From NCBI GenBank assembly GCA_963666285.1, contig OY762711.1: a DNA stretch of 64,000 nucleotides; one strand, written 5' to 3'. The notes under the pieces are model-generated. The model did no database searches. It had not been told where the DNA came from and saw only the letters and a list, made by a program, of their open reading frames with translations. The position numbers and the translations under genes are program-made. This DNA comes from Sedimentisphaerales bacterium. GTDB lineage: Bacteria > Planctomycetota > Phycisphaerae > Sedimentisphaerales > SM23-30. Positions 1 through 12,106 of this stretch are shown piece by piece (position 1 is the stretch's first letter; every line of letters starts with the position of its first letter).

Positions 1-81
1 ATATGTATGGGTTATCAAGTAATATCATCCCTATACCTTACAAGATTTTATCAAAAATGAAACCAGAAAAGCAGATATTTT

Positions 82-1182
82 TTATTGTAAATAACTCAAT
101 CTATTTGGAACAAGTCGCTCAACATAACAATACACTACAATATCCGGTCTATATTTTTTAATTAATTCCATATCTTTATGAGCTGAATGCCGTATATATA
201 TTGATTTGCCAAATGTCCGTTCAAGATATTTGCCTAAAACAGACTCCAAAAAAGAATCACAAATAAAGAGAGCTGTTTTAGCCTGCCCTTTAGCCTCACA
301 AACATATTCAGTATTCCAGTAATTAACAGTTTCCTTATCAGATATAACTTCAGGTAGTATGGAATCAAAATCAGCCTCTAAAGCATCTTCAACCATTTCC
401 GGGATACAAAGCATTCCAGCAAGATCGCCTTTTTGTTGAACAGATTTATAGTTAAACTGATCCTGGCTAATCCAGTTAAGTTCACATTGCGGATCTATCA
501 TACGCATAACTTCCAAATACCCAATATATCCACCTTGGTCTGTCCAATGTGTATCATAATTAAAATAAAGTTTTGTGTCAATAATATGTTTCCTAAGACA
601 ATCTTGAAGATATAGAAACCCTTCAACCTTGTTCTCATTAAACATAATTTCCAATTGCTCTGCAATTCTAGGCCTGTCAATAACAGTTAAATATTCAGGT
701 AAATTTTCAGGGTACATTGAATGTTTATCAGGAACAATTATAAAATACAATTTTCCCCCATAACTTTCAACAATTTGTTTCCGGTCTATATAACTTTTAG
801 ACCATTCATCAAGCTGACGGTAAGATAAAACTCTGATAGCCCTGTGTTTGTCAATTACATTCGCCTCACCCTTATAAAACAGCATATCATTTTTACCAAA
901 AATAACTTTTGAAGAAAGTGACATATTATAATGCTTCAATTGCTCGCTTATTTCCTGAATAAGCTCTCTTCTCCCAGGAAAGGTTGCTATAATATAATTA
1001 TCGATTTTCATGGGATACAACTCTAATTGCTTAAGCGTCTCTGGAAATTCAGGTAAAGACTTTTGTAATTTTGATCTGCAACCAGAAACTTCTCCATAAA
1101 ATGATATTAAAATGTTAAGGAACGCCGGTAACATCAAAATCATCAAGGTGATATATATAAGAATTCGTTGTTTTGTGGACAT
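82..1182 (-). CDS. AlgX/AlgJ-family SGNH polysaccharide O-acetyltransferase
   Basis: Motifs FIIVPDKHSMYPE, DTHWT and ICDSF, N-terminal TM anchor, directly downstream of an MBOAT gene. Start moved to ATG 1182 (MSTKQ) to avoid overlap. Confidence 0.8.
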   Translation of the reverse strand: MSTKQRILIYITLMILMLPAFLNILISFYGEVSGCRSKLQKSLPEFPETLKQLELYPMKIDNYIIATFPGRRELIQEISEQLKHYNMSLSSKVIFGKNDMLFYKGEANVIDKHRAIRVLSYRQLDEWSKSYIDRKQIVESYGGKLYFIIVPDKHSMYPENLPEYLTVIDRPRIAEQLEIMFNENKVEGFLYLQDCLRKHIIDTKLYFNYDTHWTDQGGYIGYLEVMRMIDPQCELNWISQDQFNYKSVQQKGDLAGMLCIPEMVEDALEADFDSILPEVISDKETVNYWNTEYVCEAKGQAKTALFICDSFLESVLGKYLERTFGKSIYIRHSAHKDMELIKKYRPDIVVYCYVERLVPNRLSYLQ

Positions 1183-1192
1183 ATAACACTCT

Positions 1193-2581
1193 CTAGAAAC
1201 GATAGTAAATAAATGGGTTATAAGTACCGCATAATAAAAAGGCAACAGATAACAGAAATAAAGATAAATATATAATTATTCCTGTTATATGCCGCGAAAA
1301 AGGTGGTTTATCATAATCTAATCTAACAACTGACAAAAAAGCTCCTATTGCAGACATACAACCCCAGGCAGAATAATTAACTTCTCTAAATGTGTGGGCA
1401 GGAATATCACACAATCCAATCATAGCAAACAGATACCCCTTAAGTTGTTCGAAAGAGTTGCATCTAAATAATACCCATCCAATTATAACGACTATAAAGA
1501 CATAAGACCTTTTAAGTATAGTTGGAAATACAAATTTATTTACAAAAAAAAGTCTTTCAAAAATTAAGAAGAAGCCATGGAAAAGGCCCCATAGCAAAAA
1601 ATTCCAACCCGCACCATGCCATAAACCACATAATATAAAAACTACTAATAAGTTTCTATATGTTACAAAATTACTCACCCTACTGCCGCCAAGCGGAATA
1701 TACAAGTAATCTCTAAACCAGGTAGAAAGTGAAATATGCCAGCGATGCCAGAAATCTGATATAGAATGAGCAATGTAAGGTCGATCGAAATTACGTTGAA
1801 AATTAAATCCCATTATTCTGCCAAGACCTATAGCCATAATGGAATAGCCGTTAAAATCAAAATATATCTGAAAATAATATGAAAGTGCCCCAATCCAACT
1901 TGCTATAAATGAAAGGTAATTGCTGTCTTTGCTGAAATAATAATCTGCTGCAACTGCAAAATTATTGGCAAGTAGTACTTTGGCTGCAAGTCCAAGTATA
2001 AACAATTGGGTCCCAGAAATAACATTTTCGAATTTGATAGAAATATCATGTAAATCCTGACGTATATGCTCGTATCGCACAATTGGCCCGGCAATAAGTT
2101 GAGGAAACATTGAAATATAAGTACCCAAAATAATTATATTCTTCTCAGACTTATACTTGCTCCTATAAACGTCAATAACATACGAAAGTGCTTGAAAAGT
2201 AAAAAAAGAAATACCAACTGGAAGAGGTAATTTCCTAAAATAATCATAATTTGGCACAACATAACCCAAAAAGGATTTCATATTACCAACAATAAATGGT
2301 GAATATTTGAAAAAAAACAATACCGAAAGATTAAAAATAACTGCTAAATACAAGAAACATTTGCGAGCTGCAATATCTCTGTCAATCAGTAAAGCCAAAA
2401 ACCAATTAACAATAATAGACACCAGCATAAGAAAAACATATACTGGTTCACCCCAGGCATAAAACAATAAACTAAAAAAGAAAATAGCAGTTATTTTTAT
2501 AGACGGTTTATTCGTGCAAAAATAGACCGCAAGAAAAAGCGGCAAAAAATAAAACAAAAATGTAATTGAACTAAAAACCAT
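1193..2581 (-). CDS. algI: MBOAT family O-acyltransferase (AlgI-like)
   Basis: MVFSSITFLFYFLP start, LPVGISFFTFQALSY, FPQLIAGPI, QIYFDFNGYS, FWHRWHISLSTWFRDYLYIPLGG, GLWHGA, YNPFIYYRF C-terminus. Confidence 0.9.
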   Translation of the reverse strand: MVFSSITFLFYFLPLFLAVYFCTNKPSIKITAIFFFSLLFYAWGEPVYVFLMLVSIIVNWFLALLIDRDIAARKCFLYLAVIFNLSVLFFFKYSPFIVGNMKSFLGYVVPNYDYFRKLPLPVGISFFTFQALSYVIDVYRSKYKSEKNIIILGTYISMFPQLIAGPIVRYEHIRQDLHDISIKFENVISGTQLFILGLAAKVLLANNFAVAADYYFSKDSNYLSFIASWIGALSYYFQIYFDFNGYSIMAIGLGRIMGFNFQRNFDRPYIAHSISDFWHRWHISLSTWFRDYLYIPLGGSRVSNFVTYRNLLVVFILCGLWHGAGWNFLLWGLFHGFFLIFERLFFVNKFVFPTILKRSYVFIVVIIGWVLFRCNSFEQLKGYLFAMIGLCDIPAHTFREVNYSAWGCMSAIGAFLSVVRLDYDKPPFSRHITGIIIYLSLFLLSVAFLLCGTYNPFIYYRF

Positions 2582-2613
2582 TTGAACTTTATAAAATAGT
2601 AATCGCCAATCAA

Positions 2614-5550
2614 TCAATTATACAAATTGTAGTGCCTGAAGTTATTCAGCCCATATTTATTTACAAGTTTTCTCTGATACAATTCTGCCTTGATTATTTT
2701 CACATTCCCAGGTTTAATACCAGGATTTGTTAATATTATCTCAATATTATCTATAGCTGAATTCAGCATCCATTTATACGAAATATCTAAAGGCACAATA
2801 TTGATACCGTTTTTTAGATTACATATCAACTTTGAATCTGGACGATTATCCCAAGATATTTCGGCGGAAAGCTTATTATAAGATGAATCCAGAGTGATAG
2901 ATAATACACCTTCTTTAGCACCATTTACCGGTTGTTCAAAAGTTACATTAGAATAAATTCCATTTTCACCAAGAAAAAAAGGACCTGGATTATTTATACT
3001 ACTTCTCAGATCAAGGGTATTGATAATCGAACCAGAATTATAACCAAAATTTATTGGATGATCTCCAATATTGTCGGTTTGTGGAACTGCTTCTAAGGCA
3101 GATAACATATGCGCTTTGTCTGGAACAGGAATATTGGCTTTCAGATAATATTTCTCTGGCATGAAATATACACTATTGCCAAGCTTTACTGGGATATTGC
3201 CGGATAATGCAAAACGATACAAATAATACCCCCTGGTATTTACATATTGGCCATCAATATGTATGTCATCTCTAACAACAGATACTTTCACACTCTGCTC
3301 AATCAATCTGCCAATTGCATGTTCTTCTTGCAGTTCACAGGCAAACATGAAATAACTGTGATATTCAATTGGAAGGAATCTTTGAGCTGCAATGTTTTCA
3401 AGATTAGCTTGTGTTAAGCTCAAAAATGTCTCTTCAGGGGCTAAAATTCGATTCATATTGAATTTTATATCATGCAATTCCTTAATTGCCTGCTCATCAA
3501 ATGCTTTGCCTTTGAGTCCCTTTCCTATATAGGGCATCCCCCATTTACTACCATCAATGAAATCGGAATCTGTAAAATGAGAAATAGTTCGCATACTTTT
3601 TCCAAACTGAATTGGTGTTTTAGATTCAAACTGGCAAAATATCGCTGCTCCAATTATACATAATATTCCAGATATCTTCTTGTTATACAAATTTGTGGCA
3701 AAAGAGAAATACAACAAAGGGAAAAAAGACATTAATATAACATATTGCCTACCGGAAGTATTTCCATCAACACGAGAAAAACTGTATCCGAGAGTAAGCA
3801 AAGAATATATTACAGCTATAAAAGACAATAATAATATCGTTTTTTTATTAGATATTTGCTTGTATTTCATTAAAAGAAACATTATTAAAAATGCCAATAG
3901 TGGCACTGCAATTACACAATTACCTAAAATAACTTCCGATAGACTTTTCGAAAAGAGCCATAAATTTCCAGCCCATACCTGATTGTTTGCCTTAAACGAA
4001 AGCATCATCTTTACCAAGGCATAAACATAGCTCCAATATGAAGTAAATAATGATATGATCAGGATTATACTCAAAACTAAACCGGTTTTAGCAAAACTTA
4101 CAATATTTGTTTTGTATAATAATATTAATTGATATATTAATATCGGTATAGTAGCCACTACAGCAACCGTTCCAAGTGGAACCCTAAAAAACGGCAAAAA
4201 GGCCGCCAGAAGTACCCAAACAAACACCCAAAATATTTTATTCTCAAATACTTTGTAATATAGCAACAAGCAGAAAAAAATAACAGGTACTGAAATATGC
4301 ATATATAAACTTAAAACAAATATAGCTAAATACCATGGAATCACTAATCGATACGCAAAGTATTGTGCCAATAACATTATAGATGCAAATATAGAAAAGC
4401 CATATATATTTGAAAAAAGGTTGTATTCACTGCAGAAAAAACCACCAAATATATATCCACAAACATCACTAAAACCATAGGTTACTTGATAATCTTTAAA
4501 TAATTCGCCATACCCATGCTTATAAGCATCATATGGAGAAAAACGTGCAGAAAATTCAAAAAGATTATAAGGTAATTCTGGATAAACCTTGTTGTTTGCC
4601 CAAAAAAATAAGACTATTGCACCACCAATAAACACAGGCAATGACGAAAAATCAATACTTCCATCCTTAAATAAATACCTAAAGATATTGATTATTCCAA
4701 ATACAATTAAAGGCAATACAATACAAAGAATTATTTTTGTATGATTACAATTATTAACTAAATCTGAGTCTATATAAAATGGTAAAGGAATAAAAAGCAG
4801 ATAAAGAAGCAAAATTGCTAGCATAATCGGAGTACATATGAGATTCTTATACATTTTCATTTCTCGGATAAGAAAATATGATACGGAACTGAAAATTGGC
4901 AAAAATATAGTTAAACCCAATAATAATAAGCGACATTGTTTCCATGAAATATCAAATGAATATAACAACTTATAATAACAAAGAAATGTATATAGCCCGG
5001 CCCCAGCAAAAAGAGAAAGAGTAGTAGTAGTAATTACACATTTGATGTATTCAGAAGAATACTTATTGTCTTTCTCAAAAATAATAATCGATAAAACAAA
5101 AAACACTAAATACAAAGATAAAAAAATCCAATCAGCATAAAGTTCTTCTGTTGATACATTTTTTAATGCGGAAATTAACCAAAATATAACAGGGAAAAGG
5201 GCATATAACACTAGATTGAAAGCATCTATTTGCCTGCTTCTTTGTTTTGCATAATTAAACATAAACAACATCAGATGAAATATTAAAACGGATACAAGAA
5301 TTGCAATTTTTATAGAGATAATTCTATTTGTTACCAAAATAGACATCTGGTTGCTAATACTAAAATGCAATTCGGAAAATTGATTTTCCCATAATGGAAA
5401 GCTTACTAAACAAAGTAGAGTTATGACAATTGATAATAAAGAAACAAAAAATGATAATAGCACAGCATTAATATCACTATTGCATAAAAATTGTTTGTAT
5501 CTATTTAATATTTTCATTAAATCTTCCAACGAATTATTTTTGAGCAACAA
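2614..5550 (-). CDS. Large polytopic membrane protein with C-terminal soluble domain (possible GT-C-type glycosyltransferase)
   Basis: 978 aa; many hydrophobic segments in the first ~640 aa; lies in a glycan locus. Function is inference only. Confidence 0.6.
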   Translation of the reverse strand: MLLKNNSLEDLMKILNRYKQFLCNSDINAVLLSFFVSLLSIVITLLCLVSFPLWENQFSELHFSISNQMSILVTNRIISIKIAILVSVLIFHLMLFMFNYAKQRSRQIDAFNLVLYALFPVIFWLISALKNVSTEELYADWIFLSLYLVFFVLSIIIFEKDNKYSSEYIKCVITTTTLSLFAGAGLYTFLCYYKLLYSFDISWKQCRLLLLGLTIFLPIFSSVSYFLIREMKMYKNLICTPIMLAILLLYLLFIPLPFYIDSDLVNNCNHTKIILCIVLPLIVFGIINIFRYLFKDGSIDFSSLPVFIGGAIVLFFWANNKVYPELPYNLFEFSARFSPYDAYKHGYGELFKDYQVTYGFSDVCGYIFGGFFCSEYNLFSNIYGFSIFASIMLLAQYFAYRLVIPWYLAIFVLSLYMHISVPVIFFCLLLYYKVFENKIFWVFVWVLLAAFLPFFRVPLGTVAVVATIPILIYQLILLYKTNIVSFAKTGLVLSIILIISLFTSYWSYVYALVKMMLSFKANNQVWAGNLWLFSKSLSEVILGNCVIAVPLLAFLIMFLLMKYKQISNKKTILLLSFIAVIYSLLTLGYSFSRVDGNTSGRQYVILMSFFPLLYFSFATNLYNKKISGILCIIGAAIFCQFESKTPIQFGKSMRTISHFTDSDFIDGSKWGMPYIGKGLKGKAFDEQAIKELHDIKFNMNRILAPEETFLSLTQANLENIAAQRFLPIEYHSYFMFACELQEEHAIGRLIEQSVKVSVVRDDIHIDGQYVNTRGYYLYRFALSGNIPVKLGNSVYFMPEKYYLKANIPVPDKAHMLSALEAVPQTDNIGDHPINFGYNSGSIINTLDLRSSINNPGPFFLGENGIYSNVTFEQPVNGAKEGVLSITLDSSYNKLSAEISWDNRPDSKLICNLKNGINIVPLDISYKWMLNSAIDNIEIILTNPGIKPGNVKIIKAELYQRKLVNKYGLNNFRHYNLYN

Positions 5551-6433
5551 TAATCATTTGCCCATATCTTATACTGAATGGGATTTTCTTTATCCATTTA
5601 GGCAATAACCTGAGAATGAATATTACCCAAAATAGACACCATGAAGTTCCATTATGAGCCATTACAGCGTCAATATAAGAAATATTTAATTTTTTGGGAA
5701 AATTGAGAACATATTTATACTCTAAATCATTGTTTTCAATAATCTGTCGAGCTCCTTTTACTGAAAAATAAAATAAATGTTCTGAAACAAAATGCTCCCA
5801 TGTCTTGCCAGCTATTCTCTGACTCAATGCCCCCATCATAGGAGTCACTGCGACAAAATAGCCGTCTTCTTTTAAAAGATACTTTGCCGTTTGTATTGCC
5901 TCATTTGGGTCTCTTACATGCTCTATAACGTCAAACATTATGACTGCATCAAACTGACCTGCCATGGAACTAAAACTATCTTGAGAAAAATATCCTTGAT
6001 ATACCTTGTCAGGGCCGAACAACTTCCTGATTCTATCACATCCATCATGTGCAACCTCTACACCATACGGCTCATATCCAAGCTCAGATGCTACCTCCAT
6101 TAAACGGCCAGTGGCTGCTCCTATGTCTAATATCTTTGCATTTGGAGGCAGATTTCTCAAATGTTTGTTAAAAAAATTGAGGAAATTATCTTTTTTTAAC
6201 CTGGAATAATTGTCTTCTTCTCCCCAATTTGCATAATATCCCATTTTATAAATCGCATCTAACTGTGAATCTGTCGGCTGAGGATTAATTCTGGCTGAAT
6301 AACAGTTAAGACATTTCTCATATGTAAACTGGTCTTTTCTGAACATATATCTGAATGTAGTCCCACCGCAACAGGGACACTTCTCAGCAGTATATGAAGC
6401 AGACACGGATTTGATCAATGTTTCATCTGTCAT
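5534..6433 (-). CDS. Class I SAM-dependent methyltransferase with N-terminal Cys motifs
   Basis: ILDIGAATG motif, FDVIEHVRDP, N-terminal CPCC and CLNC. Confidence 0.85.
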   Translation of the reverse strand: MTDETLIKSVSASYTAEKCPCCGGTTFRYMFRKDQFTYEKCLNCYSARINPQPTDSQLDAIYKMGYYANWGEEDNYSRLKKDNFLNFFNKHLRNLPPNAKILDIGAATGRLMEVASELGYEPYGVEVAHDGCDRIRKLFGPDKVYQGYFSQDSFSSMAGQFDAVIMFDVIEHVRDPNEAIQTAKYLLKEDGYFVAVTPMMGALSQRIAGKTWEHFVSEHLFYFSVKGARQIIENNDLEYKYVLNFPKKLNISYIDAVMAHNGTSWCLFWVIFILRLLPKWIKKIPFSIRYGQMIIVAQK

Positions 6434-7592
6434 AATTAATATTCCGTTTAAGCTTATTAATTGAATTCAAAACCAAATCGGGAGTAATTTTCTGCATACA
6501 AATATTATCACCACCACAAGGAGTGGAATCCATTTCATGAATGCAGGGTGAACATTTAACATTACTATATAAGATAAGATTAATTTCAGTCTCCATCCCA
6601 AAATGCTCAGGACAAGACATGCCGAATAGAGAAACTGTTGGCTTCCTTAGAGCATAAGCAATGTGCATAGGTCCGGTATCACCAGTAACAATTAAAAACG
6701 CTTTTTCCATTACCAAAAGATATTCATTAAATGACAATTTTCCAGCCAAATTATAAATACCACTATTATCATCAAACATTTCAAAAAGCTGCCGGGTATA
6801 TTCCTGCTCCTTTTTAGTACCGGTTAATACAATATTAAAATCTTCTTTTACAGAAATAATTACTTCCCAAAAATACTGCAATGGCCATCTTCTTTCAAAT
6901 GCTAACTCAGACGCATGAACATTGAAAATCACATACGGCTTTGCAGAATTAATAAAATCCTTATCAATAGCAACCAAATTTACTTTAGGATAGTTTAAAT
7001 ATGCAAGTTCAATAGAGCTATCCTCTTTATTGCTTAATACCTGCCCCAAACTAATATAATTATCACTATAATGATTTCTTGTATTAAAAAAGACAATATG
7101 TGAATAAAGCGAACGTTTAATTTTTGCAGAATGCCTGACAAAACCTATCCTGTTTTTCGAAAATGAAAGAGTAGTAATGAGAGTTGAAAAATATGAATAA
7201 ATTTCTAAATCAAAAAAAACATCTATCTTCATTTTCCATAATTTGAATAAAAATACAGGCAGTTTATATAAATCAAAAAGTTTATCAGGAAAAAGTAATA
7301 TATTGTCGATTTCACTGATTGTTTTACAGATTGGATAGTTTTCCTTAGATGTTATATAAGTAATATTTGAATCAGGAAATTCAATTTTAAGATATTTAAT
7401 TAGCCTAGTCGATTGGATTATACTACCAAGTCCTACATATTTTGCAATAACAATATTATGAATTTTATCCTGATCCAACAGATGATCTCTTCTTAGAAAT
7501 AATTTGCTAAGAAAGCACACAAATGGTCTTATAAGAATACATAAAACCAGTCCACAAGTTCTGTCTAATTTTATTTTAAGATTAAGATTCAT
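6423..7592 (-). CDS. Glycosyltransferase family 9 (heptosyltransferase-like)
   Basis: GLGSII, RRWP, NLAGKLS, GDTGPMHIAYAL, CSPC...CMQKI motifs. Confidence 0.9.
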   Translation of the reverse strand: MNLNLKIKLDRTCGLVLCILIRPFVCFLSKLFLRRDHLLDQDKIHNIVIAKYVGLGSIIQSTRLIKYLKIEFPDSNITYITSKENYPICKTISEIDNILLFPDKLFDLYKLPVFLFKLWKMKIDVFFDLEIYSYFSTLITTLSFSKNRIGFVRHSAKIKRSLYSHIVFFNTRNHYSDNYISLGQVLSNKEDSSIELAYLNYPKVNLVAIDKDFINSAKPYVIFNVHASELAFERRWPLQYFWEVIISVKEDFNIVLTGTKKEQEYTRQLFEMFDDNSGIYNLAGKLSFNEYLLVMEKAFLIVTGDTGPMHIAYALRKPTVSLFGMSCPEHFGMETEINLILYSNVKCSPCIHEMDSTPCGGDNICMQKITPDLVLNSINKLKRNINYDR

Positions 7593-7701
7593 TGATACAT
7601 ATTTTAAAGAAATAACACATAATATTCATAATCAATTATATATAAACATTATAAATAAAAGACTATATACAAATCAATGATAAACCACCCATTACTATTT
7701 T

Positions 7702-7741
7702 AAAAAGAACAAGGCCCCGCAGGGTTACCTACAGGGCCTTG
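7702..7741 (-). terminator. Intrinsic terminator of the rRNA transcript
   Basis: CAAGGCCC...GGGCCTTG hairpin followed on the minus strand by TTCTTTTT, just past the 5S 3' end. Confidence 0.8.
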
Positions 7742-7747
7742 AAAAAA

Positions 7748-7854
7748 GTTGGCGGCGACTTACTTTCACGCTCACGCACTATCATCAGCGTTAGTGCCTT
7801 AGCTTCTGAGTTCGGAAAGGGATCAGGCGTTTCACACTAACTATGACCACCAAC
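7748..7854 (-). rRNA. rrf: 5S rRNA (short, about 107 nt)
   Basis: Minus strand GTTGGTGGTCATAG...CCGAACTCAGAAGCTAAG...GCCGCCAAC with paired ends. Ends approximate. Confidence 0.93.
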
Positions 7855-7990
7855 AGTTCGGAAGAATAACAGGTCCAAAGACCTGATTCATTACACTTGT
7901 TGTATCATATAATATGAGGTAAGGAACAAAATTTGCAGGATACCATTTATAACCAATTATCCTTAGAGCTTTACAGCTCAAAAATAATGT

Positions 7991-10847
<2,857 letters not shown>

Positions 10848-11023
10848 ACATTATTTTTAAGCTGTGGTCATATCGCTCTAAAGATTCATCAGTTTTATAA
10901 ATGGAATTATATTTACGAAATTGTAATTTTAATAATTATGTGCAAGACACTTATATTCATATCTTTACGATATGATTCGCAAGTATTACCTACAAAAATC
11001 ATTACCTTTACCTCATATTAAAT

Positions 11024-11035
11024 TGTCAAAGAACT
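11024..11035 (-). promoter_or_regulatory. boxA-like rRNA antitermination element
   Basis: Minus strand AGTTCTTTGACA in the 23S leader, resembling the boxA consensus TGCTCTTTAACA. Confidence 0.6.
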
Positions 11036-11056
11036 TCGCTTTATTGCGAGCCGTAA

Positions 11057-11085
11057 ATTTTAACAGCTCTTATTTTCTTTGTCAA
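11057..11085 (-). promoter_or_regulatory. Sigma70 promoter for 23S-5S (proximal)
   Basis: TTGACA-17bp-TAAAAT followed by TTACGGCTCGC; A-rich upstream. Confidence 0.8.
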
Positions 11086-11144
11086 GAACCTTTTTGAAAT
11101 TTTTTATTTTTTTCGTTTCAGGTTTCTCAACTAGCGAGCCTTAT

Positions 11145-11173
11145 ATATTAAGGCCACTTCCCTTTCTCGTCAA
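11145..11173 (-). promoter_or_regulatory. Sigma70 promoter for 23S-5S (middle)
   Basis: TTGACG-17bp-TAATAT followed by ATAAGGCTCGC; A-tract upstream. Confidence 0.7.
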
Positions 11174-11247
11174 GTGTTAATTTTATTTTTTTTGAAGTTT
11201 TTTTTAACTCCTAAAGATTAACACTTTTGTTGATCAAGGGATGGAAG

Positions 11248-11275
11248 ATTGTATCGTTAATTTTATAATTGTCAA
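11248..11275 (-). promoter_or_regulatory. Sigma70 promoter for 23S-5S (distal)
   Basis: TTGACA-16bp-TACAAT with a long A-tract (UP-element-like) upstream. Confidence 0.75.
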
Positions 11276-11308
11276 CAATTAAATTTAACTTTTTTTTTCA
11301 ATCTTCAA

Positions 11309-11381
11309 TGGAGACGATCGGGATCGAACCGACGACCTTCTGGATGCAAACCAGACGCTCTCCCAGCTGAGCTACGTCCCC
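11309..11381 (-). tRNA. tRNA-Ala(TGC), CCA not encoded
   Basis: GGGGACGTAGCTCAGCTGGGAGAGCGTCTGGTT-TGC-ATCCAGAAGGTCGTCGGTTCGATCCCGATCGTCTCCA folds as a cloverleaf. Confidence 0.96.
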
Positions 11382-11437
11382 TTGAATCGCTGACACTTCA
11401 CCACTGTGACATGCAGCTCTTTATTTACTTGTTATAT

Positions 11438-11554
11438 TTAGCTCAGCTTGTCTTTTAACCATTTGAATAAAGCTGATACTAATACTATGACAAGGAAGAT
11501 GAAACCCATTGATCTAATTAAGGTTCTCATCGATGCCAATATTGTAATAAGCAT
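11438..11554 (-). CDS. Putative 38-aa single-TM small protein between the tRNAs
   Basis: Hand translation: MLITILASMRTLIRSMGFIFLVIVLVSALFKWLKDKLS-stop; GGAGA SD 7 nt before ATG; below the ORF-track cutoff. Confidence 0.6.
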   Translation of the reverse strand: MLITILASMRTLIRSMGFIFLVIVLVSALFKWLKDKLS

Positions 11555-11596
11555 TTAGCTTTCTCCGTTTTACGGTTATCTTAAGCCTGCTAAAAA

Positions 11597-11670
11597 TGGG
11601 CCCAGATGGAGTCGAACCATCGACCTCTCCGTTATCAGCGGAACGCTCTAACCAACTGAGCTATGAGCCC
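11597..11670 (-). tRNA. tRNA-Ile(GAT), CCA not encoded
   Basis: GGGCTCATAGCTCAGTTGGTTAGAGCGTTCCGCT-GAT-AACGGAGAGGTCGATGGTTCGACTCCATCTGGGCCCA folds as a cloverleaf. Confidence 0.96.
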
Positions 11671-11726
11671 TGCCCACTTATTTTTTGCTCAGGGCTTTAA
11701 CCCCTCGCGTTGATAAGAGACCGGGA

Positions 11727-11755
11727 ATTATATTACTTATAGCTATTTACGTCAA
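11727..11755 (-). promoter_or_regulatory. Sigma70 promoter of the tRNA-Ile/tRNA-Ala unit
   Basis: TTGACG-17bp-TATAAT about 55 nt upstream of tRNA-Ile, followed by GC-rich TCCCGG. Confidence 0.8.
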
Positions 11756-12106
11756 GCAGTAACTTGTATTTTTTTATTAAAAATTAACAGAACAGTAAAC
11801 CATTGTAATCCACAATTCAAATAAACCATTTTACAACAATAACTTATGCTATTATCGGCTTAATATCTTATTAACTCGAACAAATCATCAGAATAATTGG
11901 CAAACACTGCTATTTCCATATTTTAACTCATAAATATTTATAACAGTAATAGTAGATTTAATGATGATTAACAGTACTAATACGATATATCAATATTTTC
12001 TGGTTGCTGGAGATATATATTATGATAAAATTATTATACGATTAACTTAGTTTCATTGAAATAACTTTCCCGGCGGTTCGGAAACTGCAAAAACATACGG
12101 GCAAAC

